Assembly: GCA_963774155.1 (NCBI GenBank)
Contig: CAVZDW010000008.1
Location: 389,732-453,731, forward strand
Origin: an uncultured Solirubrobacteraceae bacterium
Lineage (GTDB): Bacteria; Actinomycetota; Thermoleophilia; Solirubrobacterales; Solirubrobacteraceae
Reading direction: 5' to 3'
DNA: 64,000 bases
The position numbers were made by a program, and so were the translations under genes. Position 1 is the first letter of the stretch; every line of letters starts with the position of its first letter. Shown here piece by piece: positions 1 to 11,798 of this stretch. The notes below the pieces were generated by a model. That model did no database searches. It was not told where the DNA came from and saw only the letters and a list, made by a program, of their open reading frames with translations.

Positions 1-626
1 GGGACATGACGGCCAACCCGGCCGATCTCCTGCCGGCGCCGAAGCTGCCGCAGACGCTCCCGCGCACCATGAAGCCGGCCGACGTCGGCGCCCTGCTGGA
101 CCGCATCCCCGCCACGACGGCGCTCGAGCTGCGCGACCGCGCGCTGTTCGAGCTCGCCTACGCCTGCGGTCTGCGCGCCGAGGAGCTCGTGAACCTCGAC
201 GAGCCGTCCGTCGAGTTCGACGCCGAGCAGGTCCGGGTGGAGGGCAAGGGCGGCAAGACGCGCTTCGTACCCGCCGGTGAGCCCGCGCTGGCCGCGATCG
301 GCGACTATCTGGAGCGCGCCCGCCCGGCGCTCTCCGGCAGCACCGGCGACCCCGCGCTGTTCCTCTCGAAGTCCGGGCGCCGGCTCTCGACCTCGGACGT
401 GCGGCGACGGCTCAGGGTCTGGGCGCGGCACGCCGCGAGCCAGGGCGCGGTGCATCCGCACGCCCTCCGGCACTCCTTCGCGACCCATCTCCTGGAGGGC
501 GGGGCCGACCTGCGCGCGATCCAGGAGCTGCTCGGCCACAGCTCCATCAGTACGACCCAGGTCTACACTCGGGTAGAGTCCGCACGCTTACGCGCCGCGT
601 ATCTGCGCAGCCATCCGCGGGCCTAA
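1..626 (+). CDS. xerC: Tyrosine recombinase XerC/XerD family, C-terminal part (5' end lies outside the window)
   Basis: ORF 6..626 is open to the window edge. It carries the catalytic C-terminal motifs HPHALRHSFATHLLEGGADLRAIQELLGHSSISTTQVYTRV. It sits directly upstream of a whiG/fliA-type sigma gene, as I recall for other actinobacteria. Confidence 0.85.
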   Translation, partial: DMTANPADLLPAPKLPQTLPRTMKPADVGALLDRIPATTALELRDRALFELAYACGLRAEELVNLDEPSVEFDAEQVRVEGKGGKTRFVPAGEPALAAIGDYLERARPALSGSTGDPALFLSKSGRRLSTSDVRRRLRVWARHAASQGAVHPHALRHSFATHLLEGGADLRAIQELLGHSSISTTQVYTRVESARLRAAYLRSHPRA

Positions 627-637
627 GGGAGCGGGCT

Positions 638-1423
638 CTGGACACCAACGTCAAAGCACTCGAGCTGAAAGACCTCTGGCGGCGGTACAAGGACGAGGCG
701 TCTGAGCCCGCGCGCGAGAAGCTCGTGGTCGCGTACTCGCCGCTCGTCAAGTACGTCGCCGGACGCATGTCGTCGGGCCTGCCCGCGCACGTCGAGGAGT
801 CCGATCTCATCTCGTACGGCCTGATCGGCCTCATCAACGCGATCGAGCGGTTCGACGTCTCGCGGGAGATCAAGTTCGAGACCTACGCGATCACGCGCAT
901 CAAGGGCGCGATCATCGACGAGCTGCGCGCACTCGACTGGGTGCCGCGGTCGGTGCGCGCCCGGGCCCGCGAGATCGAGCGGGTGCACGCGAAGCTCGAG
1001 CACCGCATGCACCGGACGCCGACGGACGAGGAGATGGCCCGCGAGCTGGGCATGTCCACCGAGGAGTTCCAGGAGGCGCTGGTCAAGATCTCCAACTCCA
1101 CCGTCGTCGCGCTCGACGAGCTGTGGGCGGTCTCCGATGCCTCCGGCGACCAGGTCTCGCTGCTCGACACGCTCCAGGACCCGGACGCCCCGGACCCGCA
1201 GCAGCTGCTCGACGCGTCGGAGCTCAAGGACCGCCTGGCCGACGCCATCTCCGCCCTGCCCGAGCGCGAGAAGCTGGTCATCGCGCTCTACTACTACGAG
1301 AACCTGACGCTGCGGGAGATCGGCGAGGTCCTCGGCGTGACGGAGTCCCGGATCTCCCAGCTCCACACCAAGGCGGTCCTGCGCCTCAAGTCGCGTCTGC
1401 AGGGCGACAACCTGCGCGACTAA
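638..1423 (+). CDS. fliA: Sigma-28 family RNA polymerase sigma factor (FliA/WhiG)
   Basis: YSPLVKYVAGRMSSGLP...EIKFETYAITRIKGAIIDELRALDWVPRSVR...LPEREKLVIALYYYENLTLREIGEVLGVTESRISQLHTKAV is near-identical in pattern to WhiG. The first canonical start is GTG 725, but the conserved LKDLWRRYK region lies upstream. CTG 638 is preceded by AAGGGAG (625-631) at 6 nt spacing. The stop at 1421-1423 is firm; the start is uncertain. Confidence 0.85.
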   Translation: MDTNVKALELKDLWRRYKDEASEPAREKLVVAYSPLVKYVAGRMSSGLPAHVEESDLISYGLIGLINAIERFDVSREIKFETYAITRIKGAIIDELRALDWVPRSVRARAREIERVHAKLEHRMHRTPTDEEMARELGMSTEEFQEALVKISNSTVVALDELWAVSDASGDQVSLLDTLQDPDAPDPQQLLDASELKDRLADAISALPEREKLVIALYYYENLTLREIGEVLGVTESRISQLHTKAVLRLKSRLQGDNLRD

Positions 1424-1435
1424 CGCGATAACGTC

Positions 1436-1479
1436 GCCTCAACCGCACATCGCCCCAGGGGGCGCTGAGCAGTTGAGGC
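1436..1479 (+). terminator. Nested GC-rich stem-loop between the sigma gene and the EF-G-like gene
   Basis: GCCTCAAC (1436-1443) pairs with GTTGAGGC (1472-1479). It encloses CGCCCC (1451-1456) / GGGGCG (1459-1464). There is no U-tract, so its function as a terminator is uncertain. Confidence 0.3.
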
Positions 1480-1511
1480 AGTTACGTGTCGGGAGAGGAG
1501 GAGCAGGTCAT

Positions 1512-3566
1512 ATGCAGGCCGCAGACAGGATTCGCAACGTGGCTCTAGTAGGCCACCGAGGGAGCGGAAAGACGTCGCTGCACGAGGCCCTCTTGCACGA
1601 GGCCGGCGCGACGACGAGGCTCGGCTCGGTGGCTGACGGGACGACCGTCTCGGACTCCGACGACGACGAGAAGGCGCGCGGGATGTCGATCTCCGCCTCG
1701 CTCGCGTCGTTCGAGTGGCGGGACGTGAAGGTCAACCTCATCGACACCCCGGGCGAGCCGTCCTTCATCGCGGACGCGCTCGGCGCCCTTCGGGTGTGCG
1801 AGTCGGCGGTGTTCGTGGTCAACGGCGTGCTCGGCGTCGAGGTGCAGACGCAGCGCCTGTGGCAGCGCGCGCAGGAGCTCGGCGTCGCGCGCCTGGTGTA
1901 CGTGAACATGCTCGACCGCGAGCGGGCCGACTTCTTCCGCACGCTCGACGCCCTCAAGGACGCCTTCGGGCCGCACGTGGTGGCGACCGAGATCCCCATC
2001 GGGGCCGAGCACGAGACGCGCGGCGTGATCGACCTCGTCGACATGAAGGCCTACGAGTACTCCGAGGGTCAGTGCAAGGAGATCCCGATCCCGGACGATC
2101 TCGCGGACATCGCGCAGGAGTACCGCGAGAAGCTCATGGACGAGGTCGCCGAGAACTCCGAGTCGCTGATGGAGCGCTACCTGGAGGGCGAGGAGATCTC
2201 GCACGAGGAGATCGTCACCGCGCTCGAGGACGGCACCGACCACGGCCACATCTTCCCGGTCACGTGCGGCGTGGCCACCACCCGCCTGGCGTCCAACCGG
2301 CTCCTCGACGCGATCGTCGACGACCTTCCCTCCCCGGTCCAGCACGGCGGCCTGAAGCTCGAGAACACGACGCTCGAGCCGGATCCCGACGGCGAGATGT
2401 TCGCCTACGTCTTCAAGACCCGCGCCGACCCGTACGCGGGCCGCATCAACCTCTTCCGGGTCTACCAGGGCACGGTCACGCACGACACGCAGGTGATGAA
2501 CACCCGCACCCACCACAAGGAGCGGATCGGGCAGCTGCTGGTGCCGCAGGGCAAGGAGGTCAAGCACAGCGACACCTTCGGGCCCGGCGACATCGGGGCG
2601 GTGGCCAAGCTCAAGGAGACCCGCGCGGGCGACTGGCTGGCCGAGCGCGACGAGCCGATCCAGATGCCCTCGATCAAGCTCCCGGCTCCCGTCATGGCCT
2701 TCGCCATGGAGGCGGCGTCCAAGGGCGACGAGGACAAGGTGTTCACCGCGTTGCGGCGCCTCCAGGAGGAGGACCCGACGATCGACCTGCATCGCGACGC
2801 GCAGACCGGCGAGCAGATCGTCGCCGGGCTCTCGCAGATCCACGTCGAGGTCATCGTCGAGCGCATGCGGGCCCGCTTCGGGGCCGAGGTCACCCTCAAG
2901 CCGCCGCGCGTGCCCTACCAGGAGACGATCCGCGCGGGCGCCAAGGCGCACGGCCGCCACAAGAAGCAGACCGGCGGCCGCGGCCAGTTCGGCGACTGCC
3001 ACATCGAGATCGAGCCGCTCGCCGAGGGCGACTTCGAGTTCGTCAACGCGATCAAGGGCGGCGTCATCCCCACCGGGTTCATCCCCGCCGTGGAGAAGGG
3101 CGTCCTGGAGGCGATGGCGACCGGCACCGTGGCCGGCTACCCGGTCAAGGGCGTCAAGGTGAAGCTCTTCGACGGCTCCTTCCACACGGTGGACTCGTCC
3201 GAGATGGCGTTCAAGCTCGCCGGCTCACTGGCCATGAAGCAGGCGCTCGAGCAGGCCGGGTCCGTGCTGCTGGAGCCGATCATGCTGGTCACCGCTTCGG
3301 TCCCGGACGAGTCGGTGGGCGACGTCATGGGCGACCTCTCCTCGCGCCGCGGGCGCCCGCTGGGCACCGAGGCGGTCGGGGGCATGACCGAGGTCAAGGC
3401 CGAGGTCCCGATGGCCGAGATCCTCAGCTTCGCGCCCGACCTGCGATCGCTCACCGGCGGCCAGGGCGAGTACACGATGGAGTTCTTGCGCTACGAGGAG
3501 GTGCCTGCCCACCTCGCGCAGAAGGTGGTGGACAAGGCGCGGGAGGAAGAGGCCGCGCACGCCTAG
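1512..3566 (+). CDS. Elongation factor G-like translational GTPase (EF-G paralogue)
   Basis: G1 motif GHRGSGKTS, DTPG, NMLD, and EF-G domain II-V patterns. ATG 1512 is preceded by GGGAGAGGAGGAG. The ORF track begins at 1473 in the same frame. Confidence 0.9.
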   Translation: MQAADRIRNVALVGHRGSGKTSLHEALLHEAGATTRLGSVADGTTVSDSDDDEKARGMSISASLASFEWRDVKVNLIDTPGEPSFIADALGALRVCESAVFVVNGVLGVEVQTQRLWQRAQELGVARLVYVNMLDRERADFFRTLDALKDAFGPHVVATEIPIGAEHETRGVIDLVDMKAYEYSEGQCKEIPIPDDLADIAQEYREKLMDEVAENSESLMERYLEGEEISHEEIVTALEDGTDHGHIFPVTCGVATTRLASNRLLDAIVDDLPSPVQHGGLKLENTTLEPDPDGEMFAYVFKTRADPYAGRINLFRVYQGTVTHDTQVMNTRTHHKERIGQLLVPQGKEVKHSDTFGPGDIGAVAKLKETRAGDWLAERDEPIQMPSIKLPAPVMAFAMEAASKGDEDKVFTALRRLQEEDPTIDLHRDAQTGEQIVAGLSQIHVEVIVERMRARFGAEVTLKPPRVPYQETIRAGAKAHGRHKKQTGGRGQFGDCHIEIEPLAEGDFEFVNAIKGGVIPTGFIPAVEKGVLEAMATGTVAGYPVKGVKVKLFDGSFHTVDSSEMAFKLAGSLAMKQALEQAGSVLLEPIMLVTASVPDESVGDVMGDLSSRRGRPLGTEAVGGMTEVKAEVPMAEILSFAPDLRSLTGGQGEYTMEFLRYEEVPAHLAQKVVDKAREEEAAHA

Positions 3567-4288
3567 TGTCCTACCCTGCTCACGTGGCCCGAACGAGGGA
3601 CATCCGAACCAACCAGACCGACATCGCCTGCGACATCTGCGGGCGGACGCTGCTGCGCGGAGAGCACGCCGAGACCTTCCTGGCGGGCGGCGCGCGGCGC
3701 GAGGTCTGCGACCTGTGCACGGCGCGGGCGCAGCACGAGGGCTGGATCCGGGAGTCGGGCGGCGACGAGCTCGAGCTGCGCCACACCCGCCACGACGGGC
3801 GCGGGCGGTCGTTCCTCGACCGCCTGCGGGCCCGGCGCGAGCGTGTCCGCGATGCCCAGGACGGGATCGCGGCGACCGACGGCGGCGAGCCGCCGCCGCT
3901 GCCCGACGAGCCGGAGGCGCCGGTCCGTCGCGCACCGGAGCCGCCGCGGCGCCCTCGCCACGTGCGCGCGGTGCCCACGAACGCCGACCTCAAGATGCAG
4001 CGCGCGGTCGAGGTCTTCAACGCCTCCGATCACACGCGCACGGTCGGTGGCGTGGCGCGCTCGCTCGGCGCGCCGGCCGTCTGCGTGCGGCCGCTCACCG
4101 ACCGCCCCAGCGTCGTCTCCATCACGGTCATGTGGGAGCTGAGCTGGTACCGCTTCGAGATCGACCTCTCAGACGAGGGCAGCGGCGTCCGCCGCGACGC
4201 CCAGGGCGACGAGCTGTCCGAGCTCTCGGGCGATGAGCAGGCCGTCAATGCTGCCGCCGATGAGCGGGGTGCACTCCATCTTGCGTAA
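3566..4288 (+). CDS. Hypothetical zinc-ribbon protein (CxxC...CxxC) with a conserved-looking C-terminal domain
   Basis: This is the last 241 codons of the 1715..4288 frame. GTG 3566 overlaps the EF-G-like stop (TAGTG); an alternative GTG is at 3584. Motif: DIACDICGRTLLRGEH...EVCDLCTARAQHEGW. GC3 is high. The upstream part of that long ORF is an off-frame artefact of the EF-G gene. Confidence 0.6.
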   Translation: MSYPAHVARTRDIRTNQTDIACDICGRTLLRGEHAETFLAGGARREVCDLCTARAQHEGWIRESGGDELELRHTRHDGRGRSFLDRLRARRERVRDAQDGIAATDGGEPPPLPDEPEAPVRRAPEPPRRPRHVRAVPTNADLKMQRAVEVFNASDHTRTVGGVARSLGAPAVCVRPLTDRPSVVSITVMWELSWYRFEIDLSDEGSGVRRDAQGDELSELSGDEQAVNAAADERGALHLA

Positions 4289-4327
4289 ACAGATGACCGA
4301 TTCCGAGTCCCATATTCCTTTGTTAGG

Positions 4328-4546
4328 TTGGATCCTGTGATCTTTTGCGTCGTTCCAGAACCGCTCGCGGACGAGCTCTATCCGAAGCTCGCCAAGTACT
4401 ACGAGGGCGACCCCAACGTCGAGGTGATCGTCGACCGCCGCAAGTCCGAGCGCCGCGACGTCTCGACGGGCGGGGGTCAGCGCGAGGTGCGCGACCGTAG
4501 ACGTCCGCGGGTCACCGGCGACTTCCCGCCGCTCTCCGCCGCCTAG
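4328..4546 (+). CDS. Small hypothetical protein (72 aa, basic C-terminus)
   Basis: The ORF follows a short AT-richer gap and has high GC3 after the first codons. Start is TTG 4328 or GTG 4337. No recognised family. Confidence 0.5.
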   Translation: MDPVIFCVVPEPLADELYPKLAKYYEGDPNVEVIVDRRKSERRDVSTGGGQREVRDRRRPRVTGDFPPLSAA

Positions 4547-4557
4547 TATCCGTCGCG

Positions 4558-4948
4558 ATGAAGCTGGTCGTCCACGTGGACGGCGGCTCCCGTGGCAATC
4601 CCGGCCCGGCCGCCGCCGCGGCCGTCGTGTCCACGCCCGACGGCGAGGTCCTCGACGAGTCCTCGGTGTCCCTCGGGCACGCGACGAACAACGTCGCCGA
4701 GTACCGCGGGCTGCTGCTCGGGCTCGCCCGTGCCCGCGAGCTGGACGCCACCGAGGTCGAGGTGGTCAACGACTCCGAGCTCGTCGCCAAGCAGGTCAAC
4801 GGCGAGTACAAGGTCAAGAGCCCGGAGATGGCGGCGCTGCACGCCGAGGCGCTGCGCGCCCTGGACGGCTTCGACCTCTGGTCGATCCGCTCGGTGCCGC
4901 GCGCGCAGAACGCCGGCGGCCGACGCGCTGGTGAACCGCGAGCTCGAC
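4558..4948 (+). pseudogene. rnhA: RNase H domain (Rv2228c N-terminal type), reading frame broken at about 4915
   Basis: MKLVVHVDGGSRGNPGPAAAA...ATNNVAEYRGLLLGL...VVNDSELVAKQVNGEYKVKSPEM...SVPRAQNA runs in frame 1. The final conserved motif AADALVNRELD continues in frame 2 from 4916. As sequenced, frame 1 runs on for about 245 nonsense codons to 5664. Confidence 0.7.
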
Positions 4949-5596
4949 GGGCCGCAGGAGGGGACCGAGTACGCGGGCTACCTGCGGATCGACGACCTGC
5001 TGCGGCTCCAGCAGCCGCTCACCCCCGAGGCGCACGACGAGCTGCTGTTCATCATCGTCCACCAGTCCTACGAGCTGTGGTTCAAGCTGATCCTGCACGA
5101 GCTGCGCAAGGCTCGGTCGGAGCTGGAGGGCGGCCGCCCGCAGGGCGCGCTGCGGCCGCTCAAGCGCACCGTCGCCATCGAGCGGCTGCTGCTCGACCAT
5201 CTCGACGTGCTGGAGACGATGGGCCCGGAGGGGTTCCTGGAGTTCCGCGACCCGCTGGCGCCGGCCTCGGGCTTCCAGTCGCAGCAGTTCCGGGAGATCG
5301 AGGCGCTGAGCCCGACGCTCTACGACGCGTTCGCCGCGCAGCTGCCCTGCGAGCTGGCCGAGCTGTACCTCGACCACCTGGACGACCAGCACCGGGCGCT
5401 GCTCTACGAGGTCGCCGAGCTGCTGGTCGACCACGACGAGCAGATCGCGCTCTGGCGCCACCACCACACGCTGATGGCGGCGCGCGAGATCGGGAGCCGG
5501 CCGGGCACCGGCGGGTCGCGCGGCGTCGAGTACCTGCGCGGCACGCAGGACAAGCGCTTCTATCCGGAGCTCTGGGCGGTCAGGGCGGCGCTGTGA
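4931..5596 (+). CDS. kynA: Tryptophan 2,3-dioxygenase (short bacterial TDO)
   Basis: YAGYLRIDDLLRLQQPLT..HDELLFIIVHQSYELWFKLILHEL...WRHHHTLMAAREIGSRPGTGGSRGVEYLRGTQDKRFYPELWAVR are TDO signatures. The only in-frame canonical start near the N-terminus is GTG 4931, which lies inside the RNase H C-terminal motif. Confidence 0.8.
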   Translation: MNRELDGPQEGTEYAGYLRIDDLLRLQQPLTPEAHDELLFIIVHQSYELWFKLILHELRKARSELEGGRPQGALRPLKRTVAIERLLLDHLDVLETMGPEGFLEFRDPLAPASGFQSQQFREIEALSPTLYDAFAAQLPCELAELYLDHLDDQHRALLYEVAELLVDHDEQIALWRHHHTLMAAREIGSRPGTGGSRGVEYLRGTQDKRFYPELWAVRAAL

Positions 5597-5597
5597 G

Positions 5598-6863
5598 CTA
5601 CCAGCGCGCGGCGCTGCGGATCACGCGGGCGATCTCGTCGTCCGCCGCTCCCTTGACCAGGTAGCCGACCGCCCCGGCGCGCGACATGTCGTACTGGGCC
5701 GCCGCGCTGTCGTCGGCGCTCAGGCCCACGATGCGGGTCGTCGGGTTGGCCTCGCGGATGCCGTTCGCGGCGACCACGCCGCCGCCGCCGGGCATGTCGA
5801 CGTCGAGCAGCACGACGTCCGGCCGCCGGTGGGCGGCGAGCTCGATCGCCTGCATGGCGTCGGCCGCCTCGCCGACCAGCTCGAAGCCGTCCTCGCGCTC
5901 GGCCAGCGCGGCGATGACGAGCCGGATCGCCGGGTCGTCGTCGGCGATCAGCAGCCGGATCGCCGGTGCCGCCGCGCTCGCGGCGCCGCCGTGCACCTCG
6001 ACGCGGTTGCGGCCGCCGGCCTTGGCCCGGTAGAGCGCCTGGTCGGCGCGCTCGAAGAGCTGGTCGGGGGTGCGGCAGGAGTCGTCGAGCCCGGCCACGC
6101 CGGCGCTCACGGTCACGACGCCGCCGGCCGGGTGGGGGAGGGCGATCGCCTCGACGGCGCTCCGCAGCCGCTCGGCGGCGTGGCCGGCCGACTCGATCGA
6201 CTGCTCCGGCAGCAGGGCGAGGAACTCCTCGCCGCCGTAGCGGTAGAGCTGGTCGCCGGTCCGGACCTGCTCCTGCAGCGCGCTCGCCACGGCGCGCAGC
6301 AGGTCATCACCGGCCGTATGCCCGAAGGCGTCGTTGACGGCCTTGAAGTTGTCGATGTCGAACAGCGCGGCGCAGTAGGCATGGCCGTAGCGCTCGACGC
6401 GGCCGCAGAGCACGTCGAGGTCCTCGGCCAGCCGGAGCCGGTTGCCGAGACCCGTCATCGCGTCCTGGCGGGCGTCGTCGTGCAGGCGCCGGTGGAGAGC
6501 GGTAACGCGCCCGGCCGCGATCATCTTGCGCTCCAGCTGGGCCAGATCGAGCGGCTTGAGCAGCAGGTCGTCGGCGCCGGCCTCCATGGTCGCCCGCGCG
6601 GCCGCCTCGTCGGCGGCGCCGGTCAGCACCATCACGTACGCGTACGAGCCCGCGGCGTGGCTGCGGATCGCCGTGATCAGCGCCGTGCCGTCCATCTCGG
6701 GCATCTGCCAGTCGGTGATGACGACGTCCGGAATGCCGCCCCGGTACAGGCGCCAGGCCTCCGCGCCGTCCGCGGCGACGGCGCAGCGATGACCCAGCCG
6801 CTCGACGGCGGCCCGCACCACCAGGCGCGTGCCCGGATCGTCATCGGCGATGAGAACGTCCAT
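5598..6863 (-). CDS. Diguanylate cyclase with REC-GGDEF-REC architecture
   Basis: N-terminal receiver (VLIADDDP...DVVITDWQMPEMDG). GGDEF domain with GGEEF and an RxxD I-site 5 residues upstream (RTGDQLYRYGGEEF). Second receiver at the C-terminus (IRLLIADDDP...VVLLDVDMPGGGG). Confidence 0.9.
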   Translation of the reverse strand: MDVLIADDDPGTRLVVRAAVERLGHRCAVAADGAEAWRLYRGGIPDVVITDWQMPEMDGTALITAIRSHAAGSYAYVMVLTGAADEAAARATMEAGADDLLLKPLDLAQLERKMIAAGRVTALHRRLHDDARQDAMTGLGNRLRLAEDLDVLCGRVERYGHAYCAALFDIDNFKAVNDAFGHTAGDDLLRAVASALQEQVRTGDQLYRYGGEEFLALLPEQSIESAGHAAERLRSAVEAIALPHPAGGVVTVSAGVAGLDDSCRTPDQLFERADQALYRAKAGGRNRVEVHGGAASAAAPAIRLLIADDDPAIRLVIAALAEREDGFELVGEAADAMQAIELAAHRRPDVVLLDVDMPGGGGVVAANGIREANPTTRIVGLSADDSAAAQYDMSRAGAVGYLVKGAADDEIARVIRSAARW

Positions 6864-6933
6864 ACCCCGGGGCCATTCTTATCGGACGGGGGGGTCAAAG
6901 CGCGCCGCGATCGGCCGATCTCCCAGGACGAAG

Positions 6934-10022
<3,089 letters not shown>

Positions 10023-10026
<4 letters not shown>

Positions 10027-11798
10027 TCCTGCTCTCCGTCGTGCTGGCGGCGGCGGTCGCCGCCGCCCTGGTCGCGCTGCGCCGTGCGCGGCGGGCCGCA
10101 CGCGGCGCCGCGGCGCTGCGGGCCCGCTACGAGGCGCTCGCCGCGCACCTGCCCGATATCTCGGTGCTGCTCTACGACCGCGAGCTGCGCTTCACGCTGC
10201 TCGAGGGCTCGGCGCTGCAGGCGCACGGCTGGAGCCGCGACGAGGTCGAGGGCCGCCCGATCGCCGAAGTGATCGGAGCCGAGCGGCTCGAGGAGCTGCT
10301 CGAGCACTGCCGCGCCGCGCTGGCCGGCAGCCCGTCGAGCCAGGACTGGCCCGGCGTGCGCGGCGGCGCCCAGTACCAGCTCCAGCACGTCCCGGTCCGC
10401 GACGCCGGCGGCAGCGTGTCCTCCGGCATGATCGTCGTGCGTGAGGTGACCGAGGCGCAGCGCGTGCACCGGGACCTCGAGGCCCAGCGGGGCTTCCTGC
10501 ACGGCGTGCTCGAGCAGCTCTCCGACCACCTCGTCGCGTGTGATGCCGACGGCCGCCTGCAGTCCTTCGGCACCGGCGGCGCGGTCGACGTCGACCCGCT
10601 CGACTGGCCCGCGCATTTCGGGCTCCGGCAGGCCGATGGCCGCACGCCGTTGCGCGCCGAGGAGGTGCCGCTCTTCCGGGCCCTCAATGGTGAGGTCGTC
10701 GAACGCGTCGAGATGACCGTCGCGACGGCCGGGGCCGGCCTGCGGACCGTGGTCTGCTCCGCCCGTCCGGTGCGCGACGCCGGCGGACGCATCGTCGGCG
10801 CGGTCGGCACCGGCGTCGACTTCACCGACTCGCGCGACACGCAGGCCCGCCTGCAGGCGAGCGAGGAGCGCTACCGCTCGGTCGTCGAGAGCGTCGGCGA
10901 CACCGTCTTCCAGACCGATCTGCGCGGTCGCTGGACCTTCCTGAACGAGAGCTACACGCGCTGGACCGGGATCCCGGTCGACGAGGCGCTCGGGCGCGTG
11001 GCTGCCGAGCAGGTCCATCCGAGCGATCGCGCCGCCCACGCGCGCCGCTTCGCCGCGCTGGCCGCCGGCGAGGTCGAGTCCGTGCACATGCGCCACCGCT
11101 ACCTGTCCGCCGACGGCGTGGTGCGCTGGGCCGAGGTCCGGGCCTCGCTGGCCCGCGACGCGAGCGGCCGGCCGCTCGGCATGGCCGGCGTGCTCGAGGA
11201 CGTCACCGAGCGCCACCGCACCCAGCAGTACGAGGCGGCCGAGCAGGCCGTGGTCGAGGTCCTCGCGGCCTCCGACGATCTCGAGGACGGCATGGCGACC
11301 CTGCTGGCCGCGCTCTGCCAGACGCTCGACTGGGACCTGGCCGAGCTCTGGACGCTCGACTCCGAGCACGAGGTCCTGCGCTGCACCGATGCCTGGGGCG
11401 AGCGGCGCGAGGGCCTCGAGGGGCTCGAGGCCGGGCGTGCCGAGGAGAGCTTCGAGGTCGGCGACGGGCTCCAGGGCCAGGCCTGGGCGCGGCGCGTCCC
11501 CATCTGGGCCTCGGGCCTGCAGGAGGACCCGCTCTTCCGGCGCGGCGACGCCGCGGCGGCGGCCGGGATCGTCTCCGCCCTGGCGCTGCCGGTCGCGCGC
11601 GCCGGCGAGGTGCTGGGCACGATCCTCTTCTTCTCCCGCGAGGAGCGCGAGCCGGATCCCGGACTGGCCCGCCTGCTGCAGGCCATCGGCGCCCACCTGG
11701 CGCAGTTCCTCGAGCGCCGGCGCGCCGAGCGCGCGCTGGCCGAGCGCACGGCCGAGCTGATCGCGCTGTCGCGCGTCGTCGCCGACCTGCGCGCCTAA
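10023..11798 (+). CDS. Membrane-anchored PAS-PAS-PAS-GAF sensor protein without a recognisable output domain
   Basis: N-terminal TM helix, three PAS-like repeats and a C-terminal GAF-like segment (LDWDLAELWTLD...ALALPVARAGEVLGTILFFSRE). The start ATG overlaps the kinase stop (ATGA at 10023-10026). Confidence 0.8.

Noticed and set aside
1-626. The tyrosine recombinase as a marker of an integrated mobile element or prophage.
   Set aside because: The sequence is XerC/D-type rather than phage-integrase-type. No flanking tRNA, att-like direct repeats, phage genes or compositional shift are present. Its position upstream of the whiG/fliA-type sigma gene is, as I recall, a conserved chromosomal context.
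1715-3565. Upstream 617 codons of the 857-aa ORF 1715..4288.
   Set aside because: This part is the +2 frame of the EF-G-like gene and reads as RGRP-rich nonsense. Only the portion after the EF-G stop (3566-4288) looks like a real gene.
4900-4935. Programmed +1 ribosomal frameshifting to make an RNase H-TDO fusion.
   Set aside because: There is no slippery sequence, rare or stop codon at the shift site, and no obvious stimulatory structure. A simple 1-nt insertion explains the data equally well.
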